Shown: piece by piece, positions 13,330-25,092 of the stretch
Position numbering within the stretch: position 1 is the first letter of the stretch
Layout of the letters: each line of letters opens with the position of its first letter
NCBI GenBank assembly: GCA_964019335.1
Contig: OZ025713.1
Location: forward strand, 124,001-188,000
Length of the DNA stretch: 64,000 nt
Direction of reading: 5' to 3'
From: Diplonema japonicum
Lineage: Eukaryota; Protista; Euglenozoa: Diplonemea
The notes under the pieces: model-generated
What the model saw: the letters and a program-made list of their open reading frames with translations, nothing else
Told to the model about the DNA's origin: nothing
The model's database searches: none
Position numbers and translations under genes: made by a program

Positions 13330-13803
13330 TCAGTAGCAAACGTTCGCAGACCGAGGGGGTGGGAGCATACTGCTGATCAGAGGGAGGATGTCGGTGCTGC
13401 GGTTCACCTGCACAATGGGAATGCCACGGAAGGAGGGTGGTTGGGGGTCGTGGGGGAGGTCTGTCTTGGTGGCTAAAATGCGGGCGTTTCTGGGGAGCGT
13501 GTCGCAACAAGATAGCCAGGCCCCTAGACGGTCGTAAGAGGCAGGGTTAGTGACATCGTAGACCAACAGCAGAATGATATCTCCCCGGACAAGCGGCGGT
13601 ACCAAGCCATAGAACTGATATCCCCCCATATCCCAGATCATCACCTTTTCCTCCGAGCCACAGTCTCGAATAATAGTCTTGTTGTAAAATTCAAGTCCGA
13701 TGGTCGGCTGCATTTTCTCTTCTGTAATGAGTCCTGTCCCTGCTGCATGTACAAGGCTGCTCTTCCCCACCCCGGTGTCGCCGATAAATATCACTTTTGT
13801 CAT
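13330..13803 (-). CDS. Divergent Rab-like small GTPase, 157 aa
   Basis: G1 GDTGVGKS, G2 PTIGLEF, G3 WDMGG, LLVYDVTNPASY, and G4-like ATKTD. No recognisable G5. Confidence 0.8.
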   Translation of the reverse strand: MTKVIFIGDTGVGKSSLVHAAGTGLITEEKMQPTIGLEFYNKTIIRDCGSEEKVMIWDMGGYQFYGLVPPLVRGDIILLLVYDVTNPASYDRLGAWLSCCDTLPRNARILATKTDLPHDPQPPSFRGIPIVQVNRSTDILPLISSMLPPPRSANVCY

Positions 13804-14638
13804 TATTGTCCTGTAGAGGTACCCCCCCCCCCCCCCCCCCCGAAAACAATTGCAAAAAAAAATAAAAAAAGATAAAAATGATGTTTCTTTTTTTTTTTGA
13901 GCTAGAAGACATTTTTTTCTGGAGAAAGCAAAGGGGGGGGGGGGGGGGGAGGAGGGTATGGGAGAAAAATATCACCCCCTCCCCCCCCCCCCACCAGTGA
14001 AACAAAAGCGGAAAGGTCTCAAAAAGAGGTAGGGAAGTAGAGTTAGAGTCAGGCAGATGCATACTGTAAAACAAATACATGGCGAGCGGAACGAACTCCC
14101 TGGCATGTGGGAGGGTTGGGGAAAAAAAAAGAAACGCAAATTTGTCAGTCCCTGTTCTTGTTTTCTTTTTTTTTTTACAGTATTTTCTTTCAGCGCAACG
14201 TTATGCATGGCCTATAAAAAGGTATGCAAGATGAATATCTTTTTTCTTTTTGAAAAAAAGAAAAAAAAAAGAGAAAAAAAAAAAGAACTACTTCCTTCTT
14301 CTTCTTGGTCCTTCGTTCGACTCCTTTTTTTAAAAGGAACGGTTTACAATTACTTTAATATTTCTTATTTTCTCTTTTCCAAGGGAGGAGGGCGAATTCC
14401 TTCCGCCTGTTCGATACAATTCAAACACAAGTCTCTCCCTTTTTTTTTTTTTCATTTTCTTCTTCTCTATATTCTTTTTTTTTGTTATTACGGCGAAAAA
14501 GAAAAGGGAGGGTGGGTGGGGTGTGTGGGAATTGGTAGTATAATTGAAATAATAGCTATTTTTTTTTATTTGCCAACCAAATAATCCGGGTACGAGTATT
14601 GTTTAATGGCTCATTTTTCTTTTTTTGGCAAAGTAAGT

Positions 14639-14810
14639 AATATTTTTATTTCACCCTTCCTCACACGGGCACGGGTCAGCTTTCCCGGAAAGGCCTCAGA
14701 TGGCTAAAAAGAAGTCGGTTGATTGTAATTTGTGCACAGCCGGAAAAATATTTAGTCAAAATCCCCTGATGGTGAGTGAAGAAAATGACGAAGGGTGAAA
14801 TAAAAATATT
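14639..14810. repeat. 21-bp inverted repeat enclosing about 130 bp (possible small MITE)
   Basis: AATATTTTTATTTCACCCTTC (14639-14659) and GAAGGGTGAAATAAAAATATT (14790-14810). A related sequence lies near 6427. Confidence 0.55.
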
Positions 14811-14812
14811 AA

Positions 14813-15714
14813 CCACTAAAGGACGAAGCGCTAGATATCTAGCGATCAAAAAATTAAAAGATTTTTGTATATGGCATTTTAAGTACCATAGACCCTTACC
14901 CTTGCACAGAATGACCTAGTTCCGCGATTTCTTTTCCATCGAAAATCACTTTTGGCCCCTAGATTAACCTCCAAAAACACCCTCGAAACCAGTTTTTGGT
15001 GGCACGAAAGTGAATATGAGCAGTACTGATTCAGACGAGTTCGGGAGTGCCCAAGGGGACATTCTCACTGACGATGGGACCTCACCTAGCGCCAGTAGTG
15101 ACGAGGAGAGTGAAGATATGCCCTGGGAGACCGAGATTACGCCCGAAATCACCCGTTTCGCACATGAGTGCATCAAGGGTAACTGTTCATCCCCATGGTG
15201 TACAATCTCTTTGCACCGTTTGCCAGGACCACAACCCCGACTTTGACTTCACTGTGGACGATATCTATGTGCCCAGCTTGCTTTGCAGACTATCACGAAC
15301 CAGTGGTTTACCCACCCCAATCTACCCCCTCTGGAGGCCCGGCCACACCGAAGGAACGCCTAAGGTATCAGCGTCTCCAAACACATACCCTTCTCCCCAG
15401 GTCGTCATCTGAGCCAAGTCCCAAATGCAAAACCCCCCCTAGCACTCCGAGGCCCAAGCGAAAAAAGTAAGGAAGTGTCTAACCTATGGGTGGGTTTTTA
15501 CAATAAATTTCACTTCAATTCCTTATTCTATTCACTTCCCAGGGCCTTTGAGGGGCGTCTGGGGGTGTTTTTTGTCCCTCCTGGGTGAGTGAATGTATTT
15601 TCTTTTACACAAGCGTCGTTCTATGGTTGCATGCTCGAGGATGTTTTAATTTTTAGAAAATAAAAAAGTCGATGGTGACCTTTTTTTTGCCCAAAAACCC
15701 CCGTCCTTTAATGG
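14813..15714 (+). mobile_element. Non-autonomous piggyBac-type element
   Basis: TTAA-CCACTAAAGGACG ... CGTCCTTTAATGG-TTGA (13-bp TIR with 1 mismatch, one TSD mutated). Subterminal palindrome CGCTAGATATCTAGCG and a broken plus-strand ORF with an acidic N-terminus and Cys pairs. Confidence 0.6.
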
Positions 15715-15717
15715 TTG

Positions 15718-15763
<46 letters not shown>

Positions 15764-16568
15764 AAAGTACAGGACAAGCCCCCCGCTAGAGGGCCGCCCT
15801 ATGGGAGGGGGGGGTCTATCTGTTAATACTCCCCTTCTGGAGCATTGTTTTCATCCCGATTGAGGCCGTGAGCGTCTTGCGGAGTCGTGTGATGCGGTCC
15901 CGCTTGTAGTCGGCTTTCAATTCCATTAGCTTGTCGTGCGTGGAGCGGGTGGCGAAAATAGGCCTCCTGGAGAAACCAATAGCTGCCTTTCCTCCAATGG
16001 CGATGAGGGACTTCACTCTTTTTCTCTCGTCCGCTGGGAAGGGGCGTCGCTTCTTCCGTGCCCTGCATGCTGTGTTTATCTTTACGATGAGAGCTTTGAT
16101 TCTGCGCGCCCTATCTTCCAGCAGGCCTCCCAAAGACTTTCCGGTCGTCGTAAAAAAAAGAAACAGGAGTCTCAGGATAGAATAAAACTCACCGAAAAAT
16201 AAATTCATTCTTTAAACAAGTGTTGCTTTTCTTTTTATACCCATTCGTCACAAAGTCCCGTAGGACGTAAACAGAAGTCACAACAGGGAAAGGGTGTAAA
16301 AAAAAAAAAGATTTACTGTACACTATATCGCATCGTCACCAAGGACTGAGAAAATGGGCAAAAAAGGCTCTGCGTCATATTGATAAAGGCTATGCGCGCA
16401 CCCTTTGCTTTGTTTCTCTAAATCACTGCGGCCTTATTTCTTTTTTCTTTCTTTTTTTTTTTTTTGGGTTGATTTTCTCTTTTTCTTTCTTCCAGCAGAG
16501 GCAAAAAAAAAGTTTCCTTTTAATTAGTTTGAAGTTTCCTTTTTATTAAAACAAAAAAAAAAAAATAT

Positions 16569-16858
16569 GAGCTCGTCCGGAAAAAAATGTCAACATATGA
16601 CCCTCCTATGCGGTGGAAAACCCCTGTTAAATTTCTAAGTAGAAAAGTAGTCCGACACCACTTTGCGTGCAGAAATGCGTAAAATGTCAACAAATGACCA
16701 ACGGCCTAGCTTGAGCGCCATATAGCAAAGCCTGCCACCCTCATGGCAAAACAAGCATCGCAATTGAAAGAACGGCAACAGGTACACCATATGTCATCTT
16801 TCTAGGGTTGCGTGCTGCCCTTTTTTCCCTCAAATAATATCTTTTTCCGGACGAGCTC
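16569..16858. mobile_element. 290-bp MITE with 17-bp perfect TIRs, flanked by ATAT
   Basis: ATAT-GAGCTCGTCCGGAAAAA ... TTTTTCCGGACGAGCTC-ATAT. GAG termini with a 4-bp TSD resemble Sola elements (tentative). Confidence 0.8.
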
Positions 16859-17845
16859 ATATATTTATATAAATAAGAGAAAATAAAGGAGGCCCGTGTT
16901 GGCGGCGCCCTACTGAAGAAAAAAAAAAGAAACTCGATGATTTAAAGGAAGCCGGTGGGGGCACCCTGCACAAGCACCATTTACTTGATTACAGGGGGCG
17001 CACCTCGGCCTAGCTGTAGCTTCTTCTGCGTTCCGCGTCGTGTCCTTAATGCGTGCGGTGTGCAGCTCAACCCCAGCCGGGGCGCCCCGGGTAACCAAGA
17101 TTCTGAGCCCGTGTAGTTTGCTGCCTGTTCGCCACCCAGAGCATCTGCTTCTTCCACTTGGGCGCTACCGGTGATGACCGACGAGGAGGTCAACAGCGAA
17201 CAACACATCTGATGTACTTCTTTATATTTCCATGTTATCCCCACCACCTAGAAAAAAAAAAGGAAAGTGCTCGTTTTCAAAAGGATTTAAAAAAAAAAAA
17301 AAAAAAAAAAAGGCCCCCGCAAAATCTTCGTTCGGGAAAAATAAAAAACTGCAAAGAGAACTTTTAACGACTGTGTTGATGCCCCGGTTCCATATTTTAC
17401 CATCGAGGTCCCCCGCAGGGGTCGAGTGCGGAACCGAGAGGCACATTCAGTCACTCCTTGGCGGTAGGTTAGAATTCTTTTTTCTTCTTCTTTTTTTACG
17501 ACACTCCGAAATCTTCATTACGAGGGTGAAAAGGGGTAAACTAAGGCTCCTCCAATTTTTTGACCATCCCTTCTCCTACCTCTGTGCAGCTCTTCAAAGC
17601 AGCTTAAAAAGGCGGGAAAATGGAAACGTGTTGCAATTTCAGACAGCGAAAAAGACAAAAAAGAGAAGTAGAAGAGTTTTTTAAAATGGACGTATATCGG
17701 TTATAGGCCGTCAACGCGCAACTCATGACGCATCAGCAGTCAAAAAAAGTAATAAACACCACTCAAAATTCAATCACAGATTTTGACCCGCGGAAGCTGC
17801 GGAAGGGTTCAGAAACATGGAAGATTTAGTAACCAGATTATACAT

Positions 17846-20800
17846 TTATATCAAAGCCCGCCTTCCCAAAGAGAGGTCACGCCTTTGCTTCCTGCTACCT
17901 GAGAACACACTCGATGCACTGCCAACCATCAAAGAAGGAGTGCTCCTGATACCTACTTTAAGGGGAGGGGTGGTGTTTACAGATCTACTCAGCAGTCGTG
18001 GAGTACGACTCCCACGAGGGGACTGCAGCCTCGACGAAGGCTGCTGTTTTAAATCCGTGAAGCTATAGACACTGCCCCCCAGAAGATCATCGTCCATCTG
18101 TTCAGAGCTCTCCACAGGGACAAGATTTGAAATGTGAACAGTGCCCGGGACAGGCTGCAGCTCCTCAATGTTCATCACGTCCTTGTACACACCGTCGTCC
18201 TCCTCGATGCTGTTCCCGCAGCACAGGAAGTGCGCCACAAACGACCCCTTCCTCCCCTTCTCGTCCCAGACACAGTACTCGTCCACCACGAACACCACCA
18301 AGTCGATCACGAACTTCAGGAGGATCACATACACAATGACCATCGAGAGCTGTCCTGCAACACCTGCCGTCCAGTGGTCAGTGGGGTGGCTGCTTCCCAA
18401 GGCAACGGTGATGAGGATCGTCACGACCAGCTCCATCCCCACCACACAGGTGTCCAGGAAGTTCTCGTAAGGTGCGATGTAAGGACGGAGAAGCAGAACC
18501 AGCAGCATCACTCCCAGAATGGTCGCCGTGATCCCCGCCTTCGTCATGCACTGGTCTGAGTTCAGGGGTTCCCACGCCGACACAATCCCCATCAGGAAGG
18601 TGGTGAGGAGTTCCCAGCACAGGTAGTACCTGAAGATCCCAGGGCGGTAGGCATCGTACGACAGCCCGTTCAGCCCACACCACACACTGTCCCCCTCCCG
18701 CTTCCAAGACACCCACTCCTCCTTTCCCCAGAAGGCCCACTGCAGGATCCCCCCTCCAGAGTGGAGTTTGTTCACGAAAGCCCTCCGAGGGACCGTCCTC
18801 CCTACTCTCCAAGCGTACGTAGCGAACAGCCCAGGGAACACCGCCAGGTCCACAGCAGCCAGAACCTTGAACCCCATTGTCGAGTAGAGCAGGGCGGCGA
18901 AGCACGACAGCACCGACCCCCCGAACAGGAACTGAATCGGGATGAGCGACCACCCCACACGTGCCCTTGCAAGGATGTACAGTGTGCTCTCCCCAGGGTG
19001 TTTCCATTTCATGAAGGTCACAGCGACCCCTGCTGCGAAGGCGAGGGCCACCTGCAACACCACGCTCCCGACCAGAGCCCCGTTCACCTGTTTGTTCACA
19101 TCGTACCCAATAGCCAGCCCCAAGGGGTTCAGTGTCCTGTCCAGTTCCGTCGTCCCATCAGAGGGACACAGCATCATGCGTTGAACGAAGGATGCCCGCA
19201 CCAAAGCGGGGCCGGCCGATGCAGAGGCCGGTACAGCAGCAGCCACCACTGTCACAGAGGCCGTCGCTGCCGCCGTTGTTCCTTCCAGCTGTTCGTGGTT
19301 CGGGAGGGTGTTTTGTTCCCCTTTCATCTGCACTGTCACCTTGCACCCCACCCCGCACTCACACTCCATCCCGTCAGCAGCACTCCCACACACGAACGAG
19401 CCGCTTGCCCCGAAAAGCTCTTCCCTCAGGAGAACGGCCACCACCTCACCCTTCCCCTCGAACCCTGTGTAGTTCCCGTCTCGTATCATCAGGTCTACCC
19501 CGTCACGACCATTGCTCACCTTCGCCGTTACCGCTTCCTCGTTCTGCTTGCTGGATGCCACGAACCCCACCCCTGCTGCATCAGGTGCCTTGTCAGTCTC
19601 CAGAATCACACACGCCCCCCCACCACAGGTCACAGGGGGTGTTCCCCCAAGCACCCGGCCACCGCGACCACTGCCACTATTTCCGAAGGTCATGGACCCC
19701 CCAGGCCAGATGAGGACCACTGACAAAGGAACCCCGGAACCGTATTCCAAAAGCCGCCCGAGGAGACGGAAGCGAATGGTCCCTCCGTCCCCTCTGATCA
19801 CATCCCCAGTGAAGCGCTCCGGATGGATCCTACACTGGAACCTCTTTCCATCAGGTGAGGCTGTGACAGGAGGGGCCGCTGTGGGAAGTGCTGTGGGAGG
19901 GATCGCTGTTGCTGGAGTAGAAGTGGGAGTCTGTGTCGGGGTGAGGGTGGCGGGTGCTGTTGTGGGAGGTGCATCGGTGTTGGGGACGAAGGTGGAGGGG
20001 GGCACTGTCGGTGGGGAAGACGTCGGAGGCTGTGTGAGGGGCACCAGGGTGGGGGGTGCTGAGGTAGGGGGTGCCGGTTGAACTGTCGTCGGGGCAACGG
20101 TATTGGGGGCAGGCGTGCTCGGAGCAGAGGTCTCTGGAAATGGCGTGGGAGGAGAGGCAGTTGCCGGGAACGGGGTGTCGGGAGCTGTCGTTGGGGCCGC
20201 CGTGTCGGGCGCAGGGGTCGGAGGAGCCGCTGTGGTCCCTGGAACCAAGGTGTCGGGGGGATCTGTTGCAGGTGCTGGTGTGTCAGGTGACGAGGTATCC
20301 GGAAGTGGTGTGGCCGGGGAAGTTGTTGCCGGGAACGGGGTGTCGGGAGCTGTCGTTGGGACCGCCGTGTCAGGCGAGGGGGTCGGAGGAGCCGCTGTGG
20401 TCCCCGGAACCAAGGTGTCGGGGGCAAGGGTAGCAGGTGACTGCGTATCAGGGGCCAGCGTTGCAGGAGACGAAGTAGGCGGGGAAAGAGTTGGGGCGGC
20501 CGTAAGGGGTGCCGAGGTAGGTGGATTAGGCGTGCTGGGAGGGAGCGTATCTGGAGCTGTAGTGTCAGGAGCAGACGTTGGGGGAATAGGTGTTGGAGGT
20601 GAAACAGTTGCCGGAGCAGAGGTATCGGGAACAGGTGTAAGAGGAACAGGTGTTTCAGGAGCTTGAGTTAGCGGTGCAGGGGTCGGCGGGGAGGGAGTGA
20701 TCGGTGCTGGAGTGTAGGGTGAAGGGGTGTCAGGAGCAGATGTTGGGGGAACAGGTGTTGGAGGTGAAACTGTTGCTGGAGCAGAGGAATCGGGAACAGG

Positions 20801-23347
20801 TGTGTCAGGGGCTTGGGTTGGAGGTGCAGGGGTCGGCGGGGAGGGAGTGATCGGTGCTGGAGTGTCGGGTGAAGGGGTGTCAGGAGCAAGCGTGTCGGGT
20901 GCTGGTGTCGAAGGAAATGGGGTAGAGGGGGCAAGTGTGGGCGGAACAGGTGTGAGGGGTGCCGGTGTGTCAGGTGCAGGGGTCAGGGGTGCTGAGGTGG
21001 GAGGTGAATCAGTAGGAGGAACTGGCGTATCGGGTGCCGGTGTGTGGGGTGATGGTGTAGGAGGGGCGGGAGTATCGGGTGCTGGTGTAGGTAGCACAGG
21101 GGTTGCTGGAGCAGGAGTAGGGGGTGATGACGTGAGAGGAGTTGGCGTATCAGGTGCTGGTGTAGGTGGCACAGGGGTTGCTGGAGCAGGAGTGGTGGGA
21201 ACAAGTGTATTAGGAGCTGGAGTGGGTGGCGCAGGGGTAGAAGGAAGTGGCGTATTGGGCACCTGAGTAGGTGGCGCAGGTGTGGGCGGTGCAGGCGTTG
21301 ATGGTACAGGAGTGGGGGGTGATGGTGTGGGAGGTGAATCAGTCGGAGGAACTGGCGTATCGGGTGCCGGAGTGGGGGGTGCTGGTGTAAGAGGAGCAGG
21401 TGTATCGGGTGCTGGTGTTGATGGCACGGGGGTTGCTGGAGCAGGAGTGGGGGGAACTGGGGTGGGGGGTGAAAGGGTAGGGGGAGCAGGTGTTGCTGGT
21501 GCCGGAGTAAGGGGTGAGGACGTGAGAGGAGCTGGTGTATCAGGTGCTGGTGTAGGTGGCACAGGGGTTGCTGGGGCAGGAGTGGGGGGGACTGGTGTCG
21601 GTGGTGAATCAGTCGGAGGAACTGGAGTGGGGGGTGATGGGGTAGGGGGAGCGGGTGTTGCTGGTGCAGGAGTGGGGGGTGCTAGCGTGACAGGAGCTGG
21701 TGTATCAGGTGCTGGAGTGGAAGGCACAGGGGTTGCTGGAGCAGGAGTGGGGGGGACAGGTGTGGGGGGTGCTGGTGTCGGTGGTGAATCAGTCGGAGGA
21801 ACTGGGGTGGGGGGTGCAGGAGTGGGTGGTGCTGGTGTGGGAGGAGCCGGTGTCGGGGGTACAGGAGTAGCGGGTGATGGGGTAGGGGGAGCGGGTGTAG
21901 CTGGTGCAGGAGTGGGGGGTGCTGGTGTGAGAGGAGCTAGCGTATCAGGTGCAGGAGTGGGTGGCACAGGGGTTGCTGGGGCAGGAGTGGGGGGGACAGG
22001 TGTGGGGGGTGCTGGTGTCGGTGGCGAATCAGTAGGAGGAACTGGGGTGGGGGGTGCAGGAGTGGGAGGTGCAGGAGTGGGTGGTGCTGGTGTAGGAGGA
22101 GCCGGTGTCGGGGGTACAGGAGTGGCGGGTGATGGGGTAGGGGGAGCAGGTGTGGCTGGAGCAGGAGTGGGTGGTGCTGGTGTGGGAGGAGCCGGTGTCG
22201 GGGGTACAGGAGTAGCAGGTGATGGGGTAGGAGGAACGGGAGTATCGGGTGCTGGAGTGGGTGGCACAGGGGTTGCTGGAGATACTGTCGGTGGTGCTTG
22301 AGTGGGAGGGACGAGTGTATCGGGTGCAACTGTCGGGACAGCTGTAGGTCCAGCTGCGTTGATGTCAATGACATGCACACCATGTTCGAAAGCGGCTACA
22401 AAAATATAAGGATCTGTGAAGACAAGCCCCCTCGGCCTGCCAGGTGTCTGGATCAGCTCTGTGAATGAGGGCATCGCCTTGTCCGTCACGTCCACAACAG
22501 CCACCCCGCTGTTACCGCCCGTTGCGCTTTCGCAGGCCACATACAAGGTGTTGGAGCTCCACACGACGTCGTTGCAGTTCAAAGAGAGATCCAATTGTGC
22601 GAGGATGGTGGGTGCCATTGTGTTGGTGGCATCAAGGATGTGAATCCCTCCTGTCCAGGGCCCCTTTGTGGAAGACGCCACATAGACGAACTCGTTCACG
22701 TTGTAGACACCCTCGCCTGTGCCGAGGATGTTGGTAGTGCTGAGGATGTCCATGGTGGTGAAAGCGTTCGAGATGTCAGCAATGTGGACCTTTCCAGACT
22801 CGGTACCGTAGGCAAGGTCCAGGTTGGTGTTGATGGTGAAGCCACGGGCTTTGAAGCTGAGCTTGCTATTCTCTAACTGGTAGGAAGAGACCTGAATGCT
22901 CGACATCCCTGTGCTCCCATCACTCGCCACGAAGAGGGTATCGTCCATCTCGTCCAAGTAGCTGTACCTCTGGCTGTACCTCACGACACTGGCTGTCTCC
23001 ATCATAGGGACCGTGGAAATGTCGTATTGCTTGATCTTCCCTGACCCCGCGTACGGGACGTGCATTGTTGTCCTTGCGGCGTTGACCGATATCCTCCCAG
23101 GCCCGTCAAGGGTGCCCTGTGTGTCCAGGCTGTCTAGCACCGTCAAGGCAGGCAGTGCTGACACATCAATGATCTCCAGCTCGTCTTCTTCTGTGTGCGC
23201 GACATATAAGAAGTCCCCGTTCTTCGTGATGTAATGTGCCCTTGGCCGCGCCATCATGTTGGTGGTGGCGATGATGCTTGCTTGCGTTGCCACCTCCGCC
23301 GCCCACATCAGCATCAGCAGTGCTGAGACCACGTGCTTCACAGTCAT
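17846..23347 (-). CDS. Surface protein 2, 1833 aa (signal peptide, LVIVD-type propeller, about 830-aa Pro/Thr stalk, extracellular domain, multi-TM anchor, Ser-rich tail)
   Basis: Single intact ORF. Head nearly identical to gene 1; C-terminal 2.1 kb nearly identical to gene 3. Confidence 0.9.
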   Translation of the reverse strand: MTVKHVVSALLMLMWAAEVATQASIIATTNMMARPRAHYITKNGDFLYVAHTEEDELEIIDVSALPALTVLDSLDTQGTLDGPGRISVNAARTTMHVPYAGSGKIKQYDISTVPMMETASVVRYSQRYSYLDEMDDTLFVASDGSTGMSSIQVSSYQLENSKLSFKARGFTINTNLDLAYGTESGKVHIADISNAFTTMDILSTTNILGTGEGVYNVNEFVYVASSTKGPWTGGIHILDATNTMAPTILAQLDLSLNCNDVVWSSNTLYVACESATGGNSGVAVVDVTDKAMPSFTELIQTPGRPRGLVFTDPYIFVAAFEHGVHVIDINAAGPTAVPTVAPDTLVPPTQAPPTVSPATPVPPTPAPDTPVPPTPSPATPVPPTPAPPTPAPPTPAPATPAPPTPSPATPVPPTPAPPTPAPPTPAPPTPAPPTPVPPTDSPPTPAPPTPVPPTPAPATPVPPTPAPDTLAPLTPAPPTPAPATPAPPTPSPATPVPPTPAPPTPAPPTPAPPTPVPPTDSPPTPAPPTPVPPTPAPATPVPSTPAPDTPAPVTLAPPTPAPATPAPPTPSPPTPVPPTDSPPTPVPPTPAPATPVPPTPAPDTPAPLTSSPLTPAPATPAPPTLSPPTPVPPTPAPATPVPSTPAPDTPAPLTPAPPTPAPDTPVPPTDSPPTPSPPTPVPSTPAPPTPAPPTQVPNTPLPSTPAPPTPAPNTLVPTTPAPATPVPPTPAPDTPTPLTSSPPTPAPATPVLPTPAPDTPAPPTPSPHTPAPDTPVPPTDSPPTSAPLTPAPDTPAPLTPVPPTLAPSTPFPSTPAPDTLAPDTPSPDTPAPITPSPPTPAPPTQAPDTPVPDSSAPATVSPPTPVPPTSAPDTPSPYTPAPITPSPPTPAPLTQAPETPVPLTPVPDTSAPATVSPPTPIPPTSAPDTTAPDTLPPSTPNPPTSAPLTAAPTLSPPTSSPATLAPDTQSPATLAPDTLVPGTTAAPPTPSPDTAVPTTAPDTPFPATTSPATPLPDTSSPDTPAPATDPPDTLVPGTTAAPPTPAPDTAAPTTAPDTPFPATASPPTPFPETSAPSTPAPNTVAPTTVQPAPPTSAPPTLVPLTQPPTSSPPTVPPSTFVPNTDAPPTTAPATLTPTQTPTSTPATAIPPTALPTAAPPVTASPDGKRFQCRIHPERFTGDVIRGDGGTIRFRLLGRLLEYGSGVPLSVVLIWPGGSMTFGNSGSGRGGRVLGGTPPVTCGGGACVILETDKAPDAAGVGFVASSKQNEEAVTAKVSNGRDGVDLMIRDGNYTGFEGKGEVVAVLLREELFGASGSFVCGSAADGMECECGVGCKVTVQMKGEQNTLPNHEQLEGTTAAATASVTVVAAAVPASASAGPALVRASFVQRMMLCPSDGTTELDRTLNPLGLAIGYDVNKQVNGALVGSVVLQVALAFAAGVAVTFMKWKHPGESTLYILARARVGWSLIPIQFLFGGSVLSCFAALLYSTMGFKVLAAVDLAVFPGLFATYAWRVGRTVPRRAFVNKLHSGGGILQWAFWGKEEWVSWKREGDSVWCGLNGLSYDAYRPGIFRYYLCWELLTTFLMGIVSAWEPLNSDQCMTKAGITATILGVMLLVLLLRPYIAPYENFLDTCVVGMELVVTILITVALGSSHPTDHWTAGVAGQLSMVIVYVILLKFVIDLVVFVVDEYCVWDEKGRKGSFVAHFLCCGNSIEEDDGVYKDVMNIEELQPVPGTVHISNLVPVESSEQMDDDLLGGSVYSFTDLKQQPSSRLQSPRGSRTPRLLSRSVNTTPPLKVGIRSTPSLMVGSASSVFSGSRKQRRDLSLGRRALI

Positions 23348-23975
23348 GAATTGGAGAAAAAAAGGGGTAAGTGCCCCTGTGATGGATGAGGGGGGGGATT
23401 TTCGCGAGTATCAGCAAGGAGAACATGAAGTAAATCTGTGCCTGGAGGGAGAGATAGAGATAGAGAAAGAGAGGGAGCGAGAGAGAGAAAGAGAGAGACA
23501 ATCATCATATTTCCTTTCTTTTTCTTTTTCTTCTTTCTTTTTTAAAAAAAAAAAGGATATTCTTCTCTCTTTCTTCTTCTATTTGTTTATTTTAGTTTTT
23601 TTTACGAATGGGTAAAAAAAAAAAGAAATAGAGAATTCTTTTTTTTTTAAAAAGCTGCAAAAAGATCAAATCATTTTTTTTTTTTGAAAAATGATTTAAG
23701 CATTTTTGGTAACAAAGGAAAAATACTGTAAAACCGATCTCTCAGATGGCAAAGTACAACTGTGAAAACTATGGCTAAGGCAAAAACTTCCGGTATTCTC
23801 TTTAAAGCGCGAATTTGTAAACTTTAAAAAAAGAAAAGAAGAAGAAAAAAAAAGGACATTCCCTTTCTCTTATTTCTTTAACGCTGCAAAAAATTTGCTG
23901 TTGTAGCAACGGCGCAAACAAGAAAAAGAAAAGAACAAAAAAGAAAAAAAATTCACTATGATAGGAACGAAGTGG

Positions 23976-24250
23976 TTAGCAAACCCGCAACACCAGGTCG
24001 AAGCATTTCGCAAAATCCAGAGCCACGCCCACCAGCTCCTTACCCTCCAACATCGCCTCTTCATACTGAGCTAGGAGGTCCAGTAGTGCCGTCTCCGTGC
24101 CCCGCCCCTTCCGAAAGCTGTGCTGTCTTTCGCAGATCCACCGTTCTTGCCACGGGAGAACCGTCCTCAGCCTGGCGCACGCCCACAGTCGATACACCGC
24201 GCTGGTGACAGTAATCGGCCTGTGGTCCAAGGGGCCGAGGCCTGCCCCCT
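23976..24250 (-). mobile_element. Non-LTR retrotransposon reverse transcriptase fragment
   Basis: HRPITVTSAVYRLW...QHSFRKGRGT...VALDFAKCFDLV corresponds to the LINE RT motifs RPI, QxGFR and LDxxKAFD. Confidence 0.85.
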
Positions 24251-25055
24251 TCGGTAAAAAAAAGAGATGCCTTGGAACGTCCCCCCTTGTCTCTACTTAT
24301 CTACCCCTTCTGAGCCTCGAAAAAAAAAAGAAGAAGAAAAAGACGGCAATGAGACTTGGTTTAATATCACACAAAATATGCGGCGAAAAGAATTATTTTT
24401 TATTTTCCATCCTTTCGCAACGTTGTGACGATTGAAAAAGAAAGGGAGGGAGAAAATAAGAGAAAATACATGAGTTAAAGAGAATAGAGAAAACAAACTA
24501 GAAGTTTATAAAAAAAAAAAAAAGAAAAAAAAAAAACAGTAGTGTTGGCACTTCTTTTAAAGAGAGCATCACGATCTACAAAATGACCGATTCGTAAGGG
24601 GGAGGTAGGAGAGAGCTGTCCTATTCCCTCTAAAAAGAAAGAGGAAAAAAAAAAAAAAAAAAGAACGGGGTAATATTTATTGGTACACAAAGGTGAAAAA
24701 TGAGCAAATCGTCGTGTTTTTCTTTTTTTTTTTTTTGTTGAAGGCCTCGACTCTGCGTGCTCTTAAATAATCTGAAGGTCGTCCTTGAAAATCAGTTTTG
24801 CCAGCTCACCGCTGGCCAGCGCTCTAGAGCGGACGCAGGTAATTGCGAGACAAAAATAATGTGTTTCCCTCCCTCCCCAAAAACAAAAGAAATTGGGTTT
24901 ATTGTGATGTAATCAACAAAAGGGTCAGGTTGCAAAAACGAGTTAAAAAAGAAATAATAATAATAATAAATAAAACACGGCTTTAGTTTTCAACATTCAA
25001 CGCATACAGAATAGTGCTTTCAGGCAAAAAAGCAACGTAAAGAGAGATATCATTT

Positions 25056-25092
<37 letters not shown>

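Noticed and set aside
15763-15773. CTGTACTTT on the minus strand resembling the 3' end of the euglenozoan spliced leader
   Set aside because: Only 9 nt match, with no remainder of the SL exon and no GT donor.
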